A DNA stretch of 60,240 nucleotides from Candidatus Hadarchaeales archaeon (GTDB taxonomy: Archaea; Hadarchaeota; Hadarchaeia; Hadarchaeales; JAWBSP01). Below, piece after piece: positions 1-7,912 of the stretch. Below the pieces are notes generated by a model. It was not told the DNA's origin, did no database searches, and saw only the letters and a list, made by a program, of their open reading frames with translations. The translations under genes and the position numbers were made by a program. The stretch lies in contig JAWBSP010000003.1 in the NCBI GenBank assembly GCA_038842485.1, positions 1-60,240 of the forward strand, written 5' to 3'. Positions within the stretch are counted from its first letter, which is position 1. Every line of letters begins with the position of its first letter.

Positions 1-694
1 AACCCCCACACTTTGTATAAACCTCGAAAAGCGAGTTCAGCCTGTCGAGAAGGGGTAAACAGAGGGAGCACTTCTTCTTGATTTCCTCGGCTTCCAGTTC
101 CGCCAGAGGCGGCAGCTTCTCGAACAATTCGGGATCGGCAACCTTGAGAAAGCTCCGAAAGGAGAGCGGAAAAAGGAAGAGATCCCTCCCCTTTCCCCTC
201 CTTCCCGGGAAACTTTCCGTTTCCCTCCTCGCCCTCATACCCATGGAACCCGTCAGGAGGAGGGTGTCCCCCCCCAACTTTCCTGTGTCGATGAGAAACT
301 TTATCGTCCTAAACCACTCCCTCGGCATGGTTATCTCGTCGAGGAAGAGAAAGCAGCCCTTGATGCCCCTTGTCTCTCTGAGTCTCAGGTAGGTCGATAG
401 AACCTCATCAAGCTCCTTATAGTCCGAGACTCTGTCGCACCTGAAGTAAAAAATTCTCTCCGGCTCCACCCCCTCTTCCAGCAACCTTTTCACGAGGAAC
501 TTGACAGTCGTAGTTTTTCCAACCTGCCTGGGTCCGAAAAGGAAATAGAGTGAGGACGGCTCAAGTTTCAATCTATCAACCAGTGCCGGAACCCATCTCT
601 TCCCCCTGCTTTGCCATCTCCGGTAGTCCTCATCCTCCTCGAACTTTTCCTTTCCCCTCCACCAAGGATTCTGGGCATCCAGCACCTCGAACAT
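1..694 (-). CDS. AAA+ ATPase (AAA_14/DUF4143 type), 3' end runs off the window
   Basis: Not in ORF track. Manual translation from ATG at 694: MFEVLDAQNPWW..., Walker A FGPRQVGKTT, Walker B FLFLDEI, TGS sensor. Confidence 0.85.
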   Translation of the reverse strand, partial: MFEVLDAQNPWWRGKEKFEEDEDYRRWQSRGKRWVPALVDRLKLEPSSLYFLFGPRQVGKTTTVKFLVKRLLEEGVEPERIFYFRCDRVSDYKELDEVLSTYLRLRETRGIKGCFLFLDEITMPREWFRTIKFLIDTGKLGGDTLLLTGSMGMRARRETESFPGRRGKGRDLFLFPLSFRSFLKVADPELFEKLPPLAELEAEEIKKKCSLCLPLLDRLNSLFEVYTKCGG

Positions 695-741
695 CGGTAT
701 TTTGAATCCCGGTTATTTAAATAATTGGCGGTATTTTAAAT
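695..741. promoter_or_regulatory. Three direct-repeat boxes between the divergent AAA ATPase and antitoxin genes (putative operator/promoter)
   Basis: CGGTATTTTGAAT (695-707), CGGTTATTTAAAT (710-722), CGGTATTTTAAAT (729-741). Confidence 0.45.
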
Positions 742-790
742 ACATCTTTAGGGAGATAAGTTAAAAAGGACTTAAGTCATTTTGTTCTCG

Positions 791-1078
791 ATGGCGAGCA
801 TCCGGGTTAAAATAAGCGATGAAACGGAACGGAAGTTCAGGGAAGCTGCCATGAAGCGCTTCGGTTATGGAAAGGGTTCGCTGAGCCTAGCGGCGGAGGA
901 GGCTTTTAGCCAGTGGGTGGCCTCGATCGAAAAAGTCGAGTTTGAGGGAAACCCTGTGGAGGCGATTGAGGGGCTGTTGGCAGATTTGAGGGTCGATTCC
1001 GTCGAACTTCAGCACTTGGCGGCCGAACTCTGGGCCGGGAGGTCGGATGTACTTACTGGATACAAACATCTTCCTTGA
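791..1078 (+). CDS. Ribbon-helix-helix type antitoxin (VapB-like)
   Basis: MASIRVKISDETERKFREAA...SLSLAAEEA RHH pattern; overlaps the downstream PIN gene. Confidence 0.7.
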   Translation: MASIRVKISDETERKFREAAMKRFGYGKGSLSLAAEEAFSQWVASIEKVEFEGNPVEAIEGLLADLRVDSVELQHLAAELWAGRSDVLTGYKHLP

Positions 1079-1454
1079 GGTCCTGCTTTCGGGACCCAGG
1101 AAGGAAGAGTGCAGGAAGTTCTTGGAGCTGGTTTGGAGAGGGGACGCGGAGGGGGTGGTAACCGACTTCACCATCCATTCCATCTTAATCATCATGGGCA
1201 GGCTCAAGCGGTGGAAGGAGCTTTCCACTTTTCTCTCGAGTCTGCTCGCCTACAGGGGGCTCAAGATTCACTGGACCTCAATAAGCGATGAACTCCGGGC
1301 GATCGACCTGAGCAGGGGAAGGGGATTAGAAGTGGAGGACGCGATGCAGTACTCGGTCGCCGTCGGGGAGAGAGTTGAAGCGATCGTTTCTCTCGACAAG
1401 CATTTCGATGGACTCGATGTCCCGAGAGTTGAACCCAAGGATATCAACCGCTGA
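1047..1454 (+). CDS. vapC: PIN-domain toxin (VapC family)
   Basis: N-terminal YLLDTNIFLE, later EDAMQY and SLDKHFD acidic PIN motifs; 135 aa. Confidence 0.9.
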   Translation: MYLLDTNIFLEVLLSGPRKEECRKFLELVWRGDAEGVVTDFTIHSILIIMGRLKRWKELSTFLSSLLAYRGLKIHWTSISDELRAIDLSRGRGLEVEDAMQYSVAVGERVEAIVSLDKHFDGLDVPRVEPKDINR

Positions 1455-1483
1455 CAGGCAAGAGGGCGGCAGGATCAAAACCC

Positions 1484-2225
1484 AATGCGCACGTGGTATT
1501 AGCTGTAATTCCCAGATGCCGTTTGAGCGCTAAGAACGATGGTATGCCGGTAATTCTATAAGCACACTGGTTTTTCCCCGCAGCTAGGACGCACGTGCGT
1601 ACCACGTGGGGCAACCAAGATTTTTCTCCATACTACGCACGTGCGCAGTTTTCGCCCGGCTGGGACGCACGTGCGCAATCACAAATTACCTAGTTAATGT
1701 TGTGATGCTCTAGTCAAAGTCGTGTGCGCGGGTGGCGGGTGGTAATGCGCACGTGCGCAACAAAAGACCTAGCAAACTGACGAACTGCGCACGTGCGCGC
1801 ATTGAGTCTCACCGTCCGCAACGATCAAGAATTCTGTGCGTAGTTGCACAAAACAGTTTACAAACGAGTGGTGATTTTGCTCTCCTGATTGCGCACGTGC
1901 GCAATCCGCTAAGGGCATTGAGTACGCACGTGCGTACCACAATGCAGTCAACCCGGTGCTTGGATTTCCCCTTTTTATTGCGCACGTGCGCAAACCATCG
2001 ATTGAAGACAAGGCAATATCTCGTCACTTGGGATTTCACGGGCAGGTGCGGTGGAGGCATCCCTAGGAGCTTTTACAGCAAGCTGAGAGAAGCGGGAAGC
2101 TTCCAGAAGATTCAGAAGAGCGTCCTGATCACGAACGATCAAGAGACCGCCTTGAGAATAGAGCATCTGGTGAAGAGGTACGGTGGTAAATGCAGAACTT
2201 TTGCCGTGATTGCGCACGTGCGCAA
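1484..2225. repeat. Cluster of palindromic repeats, core CGCACGTGCG, best copies TTGCGCACGTGCGCAA
   Basis: CACGTG at 1490, 1592, 1603, 1638, 1668, 1750, 1790, 1894, 1927, 1983, 2215; nine carry the full 10-bp core; perfect 20-bp palindrome at 1887-1906. Confidence 0.95.
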
Positions 2226-2229
2226 CTAG
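2002..2229 (+). CDS. Small Cas2/VapD-like (ferredoxin-fold) protein, ~75 aa
   Basis: TTG at 2002: MKTRQYLVTWDFTG...FYSKLREAGSFQKIQKSVLI...LVKRYGGKCRTFAV. Hydrophobic strand ending in Asp plus QxSV motif as in Cas2-like proteins. Confidence 0.6.
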   Translation: MKTRQYLVTWDFTGRCGGGIPRSFYSKLREAGSFQKIQKSVLITNDQETALRIEHLVKRYGGKCRTFAVIAHVRN

Positions 2230-2265
2230 AACGGTTACCTTTTTTGCTGACCCTTTACAAACTTG

Positions 2266-3123
2266 ATGACCATTCTGGACGGGAAGGCGCTCGCCGAAAA
2301 AATCAAGCTCCAGTTAAGGGAAAGAGTATCCAGGCTCGAGAAAAAGCCCCGGCTCGCCGTCCTGCTTGTGGGGGAGGATCCGGCCTCCAAGACGTACGTC
2401 GAGGGGAAGAGGAAGGACTGCGAGCAGGTCGGCATAGAGTTCGAGCTCCATCACTTTCCCTCGCAAGCCTCGCGAGAGGAAATCGGGCGGGAAATCGATA
2501 AGCTCAACTCTGACGAGAGAGTCACGGGGATCATCATCCAGCTCCCCCTCCCGCCCCACCTCTCCACCCTCCAGCTGATTTCCAGGATCGACCCCCGAAA
2601 GGATGTGGACGGCCTGCACCCCCTGAACGTCGGCAGGCTTTGGCTAGGGGATTACGATTTCGAGCGCGACCTCCTCCCCTGCACTCCGAAGGGAATTATA
2701 AGGCTCCTCGACCATTACTCCATCAAGCTCGAGGGAAAAATGGCGGTCATCGTAAATCGGAGCAATTTGGTTGGGAAGCCCCTCGCGAAGCTCATGCTCG
2801 ACAGAAACGCGACCGTGCTCATCTGCCACTCCAAAACCCCCGACCTCGCGAGGAAGATGGCGGAGGCGGACATCCTCGTGACGGCGGTTGGGAGAAGGCC
2901 GAGTTTTGTGGTCGGGCCGGAGATGGTGAAGGAAGGGGCGGTGGTGGTGGATGTCGGGATGAACTTCATTGGGGGGAGGCTGGTTGGGGATGTGGACTTC
3001 GAGCGTGTGAGCCAGAAAGCCTCCTATATAACGCCCGTTCCGGGAGGGGTTGGACCCATGACGAGGGCAATGCTTCTTGAAAACGTCGTGAGGGTGGCTG
3101 AGCGTGAACAAGGAAGAACTTAG
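2266..3123 (+). CDS. folD: Bifunctional methylene-THF dehydrogenase/methenyl-THF cyclohydrolase
   Basis: ILDGKALA, KDVDGLHPLN, PCTPKGI, RSNLVGKP, ITPVPGGVGPMT. Confidence 0.97.
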   Translation: MTILDGKALAEKIKLQLRERVSRLEKKPRLAVLLVGEDPASKTYVEGKRKDCEQVGIEFELHHFPSQASREEIGREIDKLNSDERVTGIIIQLPLPPHLSTLQLISRIDPRKDVDGLHPLNVGRLWLGDYDFERDLLPCTPKGIIRLLDHYSIKLEGKMAVIVNRSNLVGKPLAKLMLDRNATVLICHSKTPDLARKMAEADILVTAVGRRPSFVVGPEMVKEGAVVVDVGMNFIGGRLVGDVDFERVSQKASYITPVPGGVGPMTRAMLLENVVRVAEREQGRT

Positions 3124-3688
3124 GGCTGAGTTCAGAAGAAGGAGGCAGGAACTGGACCCGCGCGAGGTCCAGGAGAGGAGCAGGAGGGTGAGGGAAAATC
3201 TCGAGCGGCTGCCAGAGTTCTCCTCCTCAAGGTTCCTTGCAATTTACCTCCCGAAGCACGGAAGCGGGGAGGTCGACACCTACCCCCTCCTCGACCTTCT
3301 CGGTAGGAAGCGGATTGCGGTCCCGGTGGTCTTCAAGGAGCAGAGGATGATGAGGTTTTCGGAAATACTGAGTCCGGGGGAGCTCCAAGCTGGGGTCTTC
3401 GGCATCCCCGAACCAAAACCCGAGTGCTACCGGTGGGTGGAACCAGAGGAGCTCGACCTCGTGCTGGTCCCTGGCATATGCTTCGACTTGGAGGGCAGGC
3501 GGCTGGGGTACGGATACGGATACTATGACACGTTCCTGTCCGGGCTCAGAAGCGTGAACCCTGCATGCGTTTCGGTTGGGCTCGCCTACGAATTTCAGGT
3601 GGTCGAGAGGCTTCCAGACGGACCAAACGATCAGCGGGTGGATATCATAGTTACGGAGGAGTTTGTTAGACGTGTACGCGAGCGATAG
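3104..3688 (+). CDS. 5-formyltetrahydrofolate cyclo-ligase
   Basis: KEELR start, FGIPEP, LVPGICFDLEGRRLGYGYGYYD, DQRVDIIVTE. Confidence 0.93.
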   Translation: MNKEELRAEFRRRRQELDPREVQERSRRVRENLERLPEFSSSRFLAIYLPKHGSGEVDTYPLLDLLGRKRIAVPVVFKEQRMMRFSEILSPGELQAGVFGIPEPKPECYRWVEPEELDLVLVPGICFDLEGRRLGYGYGYYDTFLSGLRSVNPACVSVGLAYEFQVVERLPDGPNDQRVDIIVTEEFVRRVRER

Positions 3689-3695
3689 GAGCAAC

Positions 3696-4649
3696 ATGTG
3701 GGAGAAAATCTGGCGCTTCCCTGAGATGTGCGAGGAGGCACTCTCCTACAGTTCGGGCATGCAAACCTTCAAACCTTCCGGGATTGTGGTTGCGGGGATG
3801 GGAGGGTCAGCCATCTCGGGGGACATACTTCGGGACTGGCTCGACCCCCCTTTCCCCTTCGAGGTCTGCAGGGGCTATCACCTCCCGAGCTGGGTCTCCC
3901 AGAACTGCCTCGTCATCGCAATAAGCTACTCGGGTGAGACTGAGGAAACCCTGAGCTGCGTTAGGGAGGCTAGAAAGTACGGGGCAAAGCTTGCGGGGGT
4001 GAGTTCTGGTGGCACGCTGCAGGAGGAGTTAAGGGACTGTCCGTTCATTTGCGTCCCGCCCGGACTGCCGTCAAGAGCTGCTTTTCCCTACCTCTTCTTC
4101 TCGGCCGTCAGGATTCTCGAGGAGGCAGGGGTTCTCGAAAGGCGCGAGGAAATCCGGGAGGCCCTTGAGGTGCTGAGGTCGGTTCGGGAAAGATGGGCGG
4201 AGGAAACTAGGAAGCTGGCGGAGCGCCTTGTTGAGAGGCTGCCCTTTATCTACACCCCGCCACGCTTCTATTCGGTCGGGCTGAGGATAAAGACCCAGCT
4301 GAACGAGAACAGCAAGATTCCGGCGAAGGTTGAGGCCTTCCCAGAGCTGTGCCACAACGAGATCGTCGGGCTGCGCGGGACCCCTCCGAATGTGACCTTC
4401 TTGCTCGTGAGGGACAGGATGGAGGAGGAGAGGATAAGAATTCGAGTTGAGTTCCTGAAGAGGCTACTGGAGGGGAAAGAGATCACGGAGATTTGGGGGG
4501 AGGGGAAGGGATTGCTCGCGAGGATGCTCTCGGTATTATATCTGGGCGATTTCCTCTCCTGTCATCTCGCCGGGCTGAAGGGTGTGGACCCGACCCCGGT
4601 TGAGGAGATCTCGGAGCTGAAAAAGGAACTCCAGCGGCACCGACACTAA
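3696..4649 (+). CDS. Bifunctional phosphoglucose/phosphomannose isomerase
   Basis: GMGGSAISGD, SYSGETEET, QLNENSK, PELCHNEI; ATG at 3696. Confidence 0.92.
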   Translation: MWEKIWRFPEMCEEALSYSSGMQTFKPSGIVVAGMGGSAISGDILRDWLDPPFPFEVCRGYHLPSWVSQNCLVIAISYSGETEETLSCVREARKYGAKLAGVSSGGTLQEELRDCPFICVPPGLPSRAAFPYLFFSAVRILEEAGVLERREEIREALEVLRSVRERWAEETRKLAERLVERLPFIYTPPRFYSVGLRIKTQLNENSKIPAKVEAFPELCHNEIVGLRGTPPNVTFLLVRDRMEEERIRIRVEFLKRLLEGKEITEIWGEGKGLLARMLSVLYLGDFLSCHLAGLKGVDPTPVEEISELKKELQRHRH

Positions 4650-5449
4650 CTGGAAACGCACTTTTTCGCGCGACGCAACAGATCCAGCTGACGGGAAAGG
4701 TTCCTCCTCACGAGCCCCGACTTGAGCGCATCGCCGAAGAGGGTTTCAGCTATCAGTTCGAGCGTCTCCTCCTCCTGAAGCAAGGTTCCTATTCCCCTGC
4801 TGGCGAGCTCGAGCTTCCATGGTTCCTCCCCCAGGGATTCAAGAAACCTCCTCGGCGAGTAGAAAAGGAGCCCGTAAAGGTCGCAGGCGTCCTTTGCCCG
4901 CTTTTCCCCGGTCTCCCTCTTCAGGAAGGAGTCCACCTTAAGCAGGAAAAGGAAATCCTCGTCCGGCACGAACACCTTCCTCCCCTCAACCGAAACCTGC
5001 TTCACCGCCCCCCTTTCAATCATCCTAGCCACGACCTCGTTCGGCCATGACCCCAGGATCTCGCTCTCTCGGTTGCTCAGGACGTCCAAAAAAACGTACA
5101 TCAGCTCGAAAATCTGCTTCCGCCTCGCCTCACGCTCGCTCAGCTTCCTCATGGACTGCCTGTCAAAGATGAGGGTATACCTGAACCTGCATTCCCCCGG
5201 CCTGAAGCCGACTTTTTCTATCGCTCTGGCAAAACGACTTGGAAAATCGCTCTCACAGTCTAGATAAACATCTAGGTCCCTGGACTTGGGGAACTCCCGT
5301 CCCGTTGCCCTGAGAAAGTTTTCACTTATCAGCGAGTGTACCGCCCAGCCTCCAACCAGTCCGAAGTGGGGAGCCGGCTCGAGCTGGTCCAAGATCTCGA
5401 GAAGAACCCTCCGAGCGACCTCCGTTTCCAGCGGATCGTAAAGAATCAA
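4646..5449 (-). CDS. Nucleotidyltransferase-fold protein (AbiEii/type IV toxin-like)
   Basis: LVGGWAV...SRDLD NTase motif, LLKV..., KDACDL; TTGA overlap with upstream HTH gene. Confidence 0.7.
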   Translation of the reverse strand: MILYDPLETEVARRVLLEILDQLEPAPHFGLVGGWAVHSLISENFLRATGREFPKSRDLDVYLDCESDFPSRFARAIEKVGFRPGECRFRYTLIFDRQSMRKLSEREARRKQIFELMYVFLDVLSNRESEILGSWPNEVVARMIERGAVKQVSVEGRKVFVPDEDFLFLLKVDSFLKRETGEKRAKDACDLYGLLFYSPRRFLESLGEEPWKLELASRGIGTLLQEEETLELIAETLFGDALKSGLVRRNLSRQLDLLRRAKKCVSS

Positions 5450-6063
5450 ACTCTCAGCCCCACCTTCTGCGCCAGAAACCTCGCCGCCTCCCGCTCCCTG
5501 CCCCCGCAGCTGTAGAGGTCAGCGTAAAGCAGATAATCCGAGACTACCCAAATCCCCCTGATCTCCCTAGCACCATAGAAAGGATTCAAGTCGGAGACCA
5601 CTAAGTGAACGGTCCCCCCTTTGCCTGGATATACTTCATTCTCCTCCAAGACCCGGGACCAGGCGTCAATCTGCCCTTCCTCAACGTAAACATAGACCTC
5701 GTTCGGCACGACATAGGGAGCGACGAGCTCGGCGCCCGCGAGATGGGTGTAAGCATAAGTGAGTTCTCTCCCCGCGAGCTGGGCTATCTTCTTGATGAGA
5801 TATTGGGGCCTGTCCAGCGTCTCGAAGTCCATTCTCTTTAGGGACCTGAGCGGGCGGCCGTAGGCGATGAGATACACGAGCTCAGGGTTGACTACCCTTA
5901 TCCTCGGTCTTTTCCGGACATACCCTAACCCCTCAAGAGCGTTGATGTACTGGGAGCATCTCGAAAGGGGGACCTGAGCCTCCCTAGCGAGCTCCCTGAT
6001 GGAAACCAAGTTCGGTTTGTTTAGGAGCACATTAACTATCCTCAAAGCCGATCCTGGTATCAT
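5446..6063 (-). CDS. Winged-HTH protein, AbiEi/type IV antitoxin-like
   Basis: SIRELAREAQVPLSRCSQYINALEGLGYV HTH; C-terminal LLYADLYSCGGREREAA; paired with the NTase. Confidence 0.7.
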   Translation of the reverse strand: MIPGSALRIVNVLLNKPNLVSIRELAREAQVPLSRCSQYINALEGLGYVRKRPRIRVVNPELVYLIAYGRPLRSLKRMDFETLDRPQYLIKKIAQLAGRELTYAYTHLAGAELVAPYVVPNEVYVYVEEGQIDAWSRVLEENEVYPGKGGTVHLVVSDLNPFYGAREIRGIWVVSDYLLYADLYSCGGREREAARFLAQKVGLRV

Positions 6064-6070
6064 TTTTTTC

Positions 6071-6107
6071 TGTTCACGTTAACTTAAATATGTTCACTTT
6101 ACTTAAA
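6071..6107. promoter_or_regulatory. Direct repeat upstream of the HTH-NTase pair (putative autoregulatory operator)
   Basis: TGTTCACGTTAACTTAAA (6071-6088) and TGTTCACTTTACTTAAA (6091-6107), 20-bp period. Confidence 0.5.
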
Positions 6108-6158
6108 AGAATGCAAAATCGAGAAAAAACCGGCTAATTGCGGGAGCGAACCGAAGGG

Positions 6159-7310
6159 ATGAGAACCCAAATCGTCAGGGAGGGGCTCGTTCAGCTAGAG
6201 ATCCTTGAACTCGAAGGTTACCAAGCTCCCGGCGGCGATTTCGTTCCATCTAGGACCCCCCTCTTCTACAACCCCCACATGGAGCTGAGCAGGGACCTCT
6301 CAGTTCTCGCGTGCGCCGTGTTCGCAAGGTCTCGCCCGGGCTGCACGGTCTGCGATCCCTTGGCGGGAGTGGGCGCGAGGGGGCTGAGGTACGCGAAGGA
6401 GACTGAGGCGAGGTGGGTGGTCCTTAGCGATCGCTCTTCCCTCGCCCAGGAATTCCTGAGGGGGAACGTCAAGCTGAACGGATTGAGTAATGTCGAGATC
6501 TGCGGCCAGGATGCAAACGCCCTGCTCCACACCAGGAAGTTCGACCTGATAGATCTCGACCCCTTCGGCTCCCCCGCACCCTTCCTCGATGCCGCCTGCA
6601 GAAGCCTGAGGAACGGGGGACTGCTAATGATGACCGCAACTGACCTAGCACCCCTTTGCGGGAAGGGGGAGAGGGCTTGTGCGCGGAAGTATTCGGCCAG
6701 ACCCCTTCGAACCGAGTACTGTAAGGAGCTGGGGATGAGGATCCTCATGGGTTTCGCGGTGAGAACGGCTGCCAAGCTAAACCTTTCCCTCCGACCCGCC
6801 TTCTGCCATGCCACCAGACACTACTTCAGGGTTGCCATGTTCGGGAAGAGGTCGAGAAGGGAGACCGATCAAGCGCTTAGGGAAATGGGTTTCGTTTCCC
6901 ACTGCTTTAACTGCTGCGAGCGAAAAATCTCGCGGGGATTGGTTCCCAGGCTACCGGAAAACTGCGAGTGTGGCGCGAGGATGGAGCACGCGGGCCCACT
7001 CTGGCTCGGTCCCCTCGGCGACCCAATCTTTCTCTCCCAAATGAGGGAAGAGCTCGATCGAAGGGACTTCAGGCTGAGGGCTGAGGAGAGGAGGCTTCTG
7101 CAGCTCCTGCTGGAGGAGTGCGAGGCGCCTCCCTTTCACTTCAGCCTTCACCTCCTGTGCAGCAAACTGAGGTCCTCATCCCCAAAGATGGAGAGGGTAA
7201 TCGAGGGGCTTAGGAGGAGAGGATTCAAAGCCGTGAGGACTCACTTCTCGCCCGATGGCCTTAAGACCGACGCGCCGGTGAGGGCGATTGAGGAGGAATT
7301 GAAACGCTAG
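6159..7310 (+). CDS. trm1: tRNA (guanine26-N2)-dimethyltransferase
   Basis: FYNPHMELSRD, GARGLRY, IDLDPFGSP, TATDLAPLCG, GPLWLG, RTHFSP. Confidence 0.95.
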   Translation: MRTQIVREGLVQLEILELEGYQAPGGDFVPSRTPLFYNPHMELSRDLSVLACAVFARSRPGCTVCDPLAGVGARGLRYAKETEARWVVLSDRSSLAQEFLRGNVKLNGLSNVEICGQDANALLHTRKFDLIDLDPFGSPAPFLDAACRSLRNGGLLMMTATDLAPLCGKGERACARKYSARPLRTEYCKELGMRILMGFAVRTAAKLNLSLRPAFCHATRHYFRVAMFGKRSRRETDQALREMGFVSHCFNCCERKISRGLVPRLPENCECGARMEHAGPLWLGPLGDPIFLSQMREELDRRDFRLRAEERRLLQLLLEECEAPPFHFSLHLLCSKLRSSSPKMERVIEGLRRRGFKAVRTHFSPDGLKTDAPVRAIEEELKR

Positions 7311-7912
7311 GACTGCCCTGACCTGAAACGCTTCCCCACCAAGTAAATCTCCGCGCTCCCCGACCTCGAGGCGCTGGGCTTGCTGATCTTGGAGAACTCG
7401 AACTGCCTCGAGAATTCCCTCCAAAGCGGTGCCTGCTCCCCACCCTGGAAAAGCTTAAGAACGGCATTTCCACCCTCCCTGAGGACACGGCGGCAGAGCC
7501 CGAGAGCCGACCTGCAAAGTTCCACCGAGCGGAGGTGATCGACGGACCAGATACCAGAGATCTGGGGGGAGGCATCCGAGAGGAGGACATCGGCCTTTCT
7601 TGGGAGGTTCTGCAGGATGAGGTCGGCCGTGTCTGGGTGAGTGATGTCGGCAACAATGGTCTTTACGTTCTCGAAAGGGAGCTCCCTGATCGGCATGAGG
7701 TCGACGCCGAGAACGAATCCCCCCTCACCAACCCTCTGCCTCGCAACCTGAAGCCATCCCCCCGGAGCCGCACCGAGGTCCACCACCACATCCCCCTCGC
7801 GAATAAGACCGTACTTCTTATCCAGCTGAAGAAGTTTGAAGGCCGCCCTGCTCCTGTAACCCCGTTCCCGGGCGAGCCTCTTGTACCCGTCGTCCCTCAG
7901 CCACCTCCCCAT
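7307..7912 (-). CDS. rlmE: 23S rRNA (U2552-2'-O)-methyltransferase RlmE/FtsJ
   Basis: YRSRAAFKL, DLGAAPGGW, SDASP, KPSASRSGSAEIY. Confidence 0.95.
   Translation of the reverse strand: MGRWLRDDGYKRLARERGYRSRAAFKLLQLDKKYGLIREGDVVVDLGAAPGGWLQVARQRVGEGGFVLGVDLMPIRELPFENVKTIVADITHPDTADLILQNLPRKADVLLSDASPQISGIWSVDHLRSVELCRSALGLCRRVLREGGNAVLKLFQGGEQAPLWREFSRQFEFSKISKPSASRSGSAEIYLVGKRFRSGQS

Noticed and set aside
1732-2001. N-terminal half of the 165-aa ORF and overlapping ORFs at 1769-2217
   Set aside because: The recurring AHVR/RTCA/CARA peptides are translations of the DNA palindrome; only 2002-2229 looks like a protein
1484-2225. Canonical CRISPR array
   Set aside because: Repeat core is only 10-20 bp, spacing is irregular, one interval contains a gene, and there is no leader or cas1
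1455-2262. Archaeal replication origin
   Set aside because: No ORB-like boxes with G-strings, no clear unwinding element and no cdc6/orc1 in the window
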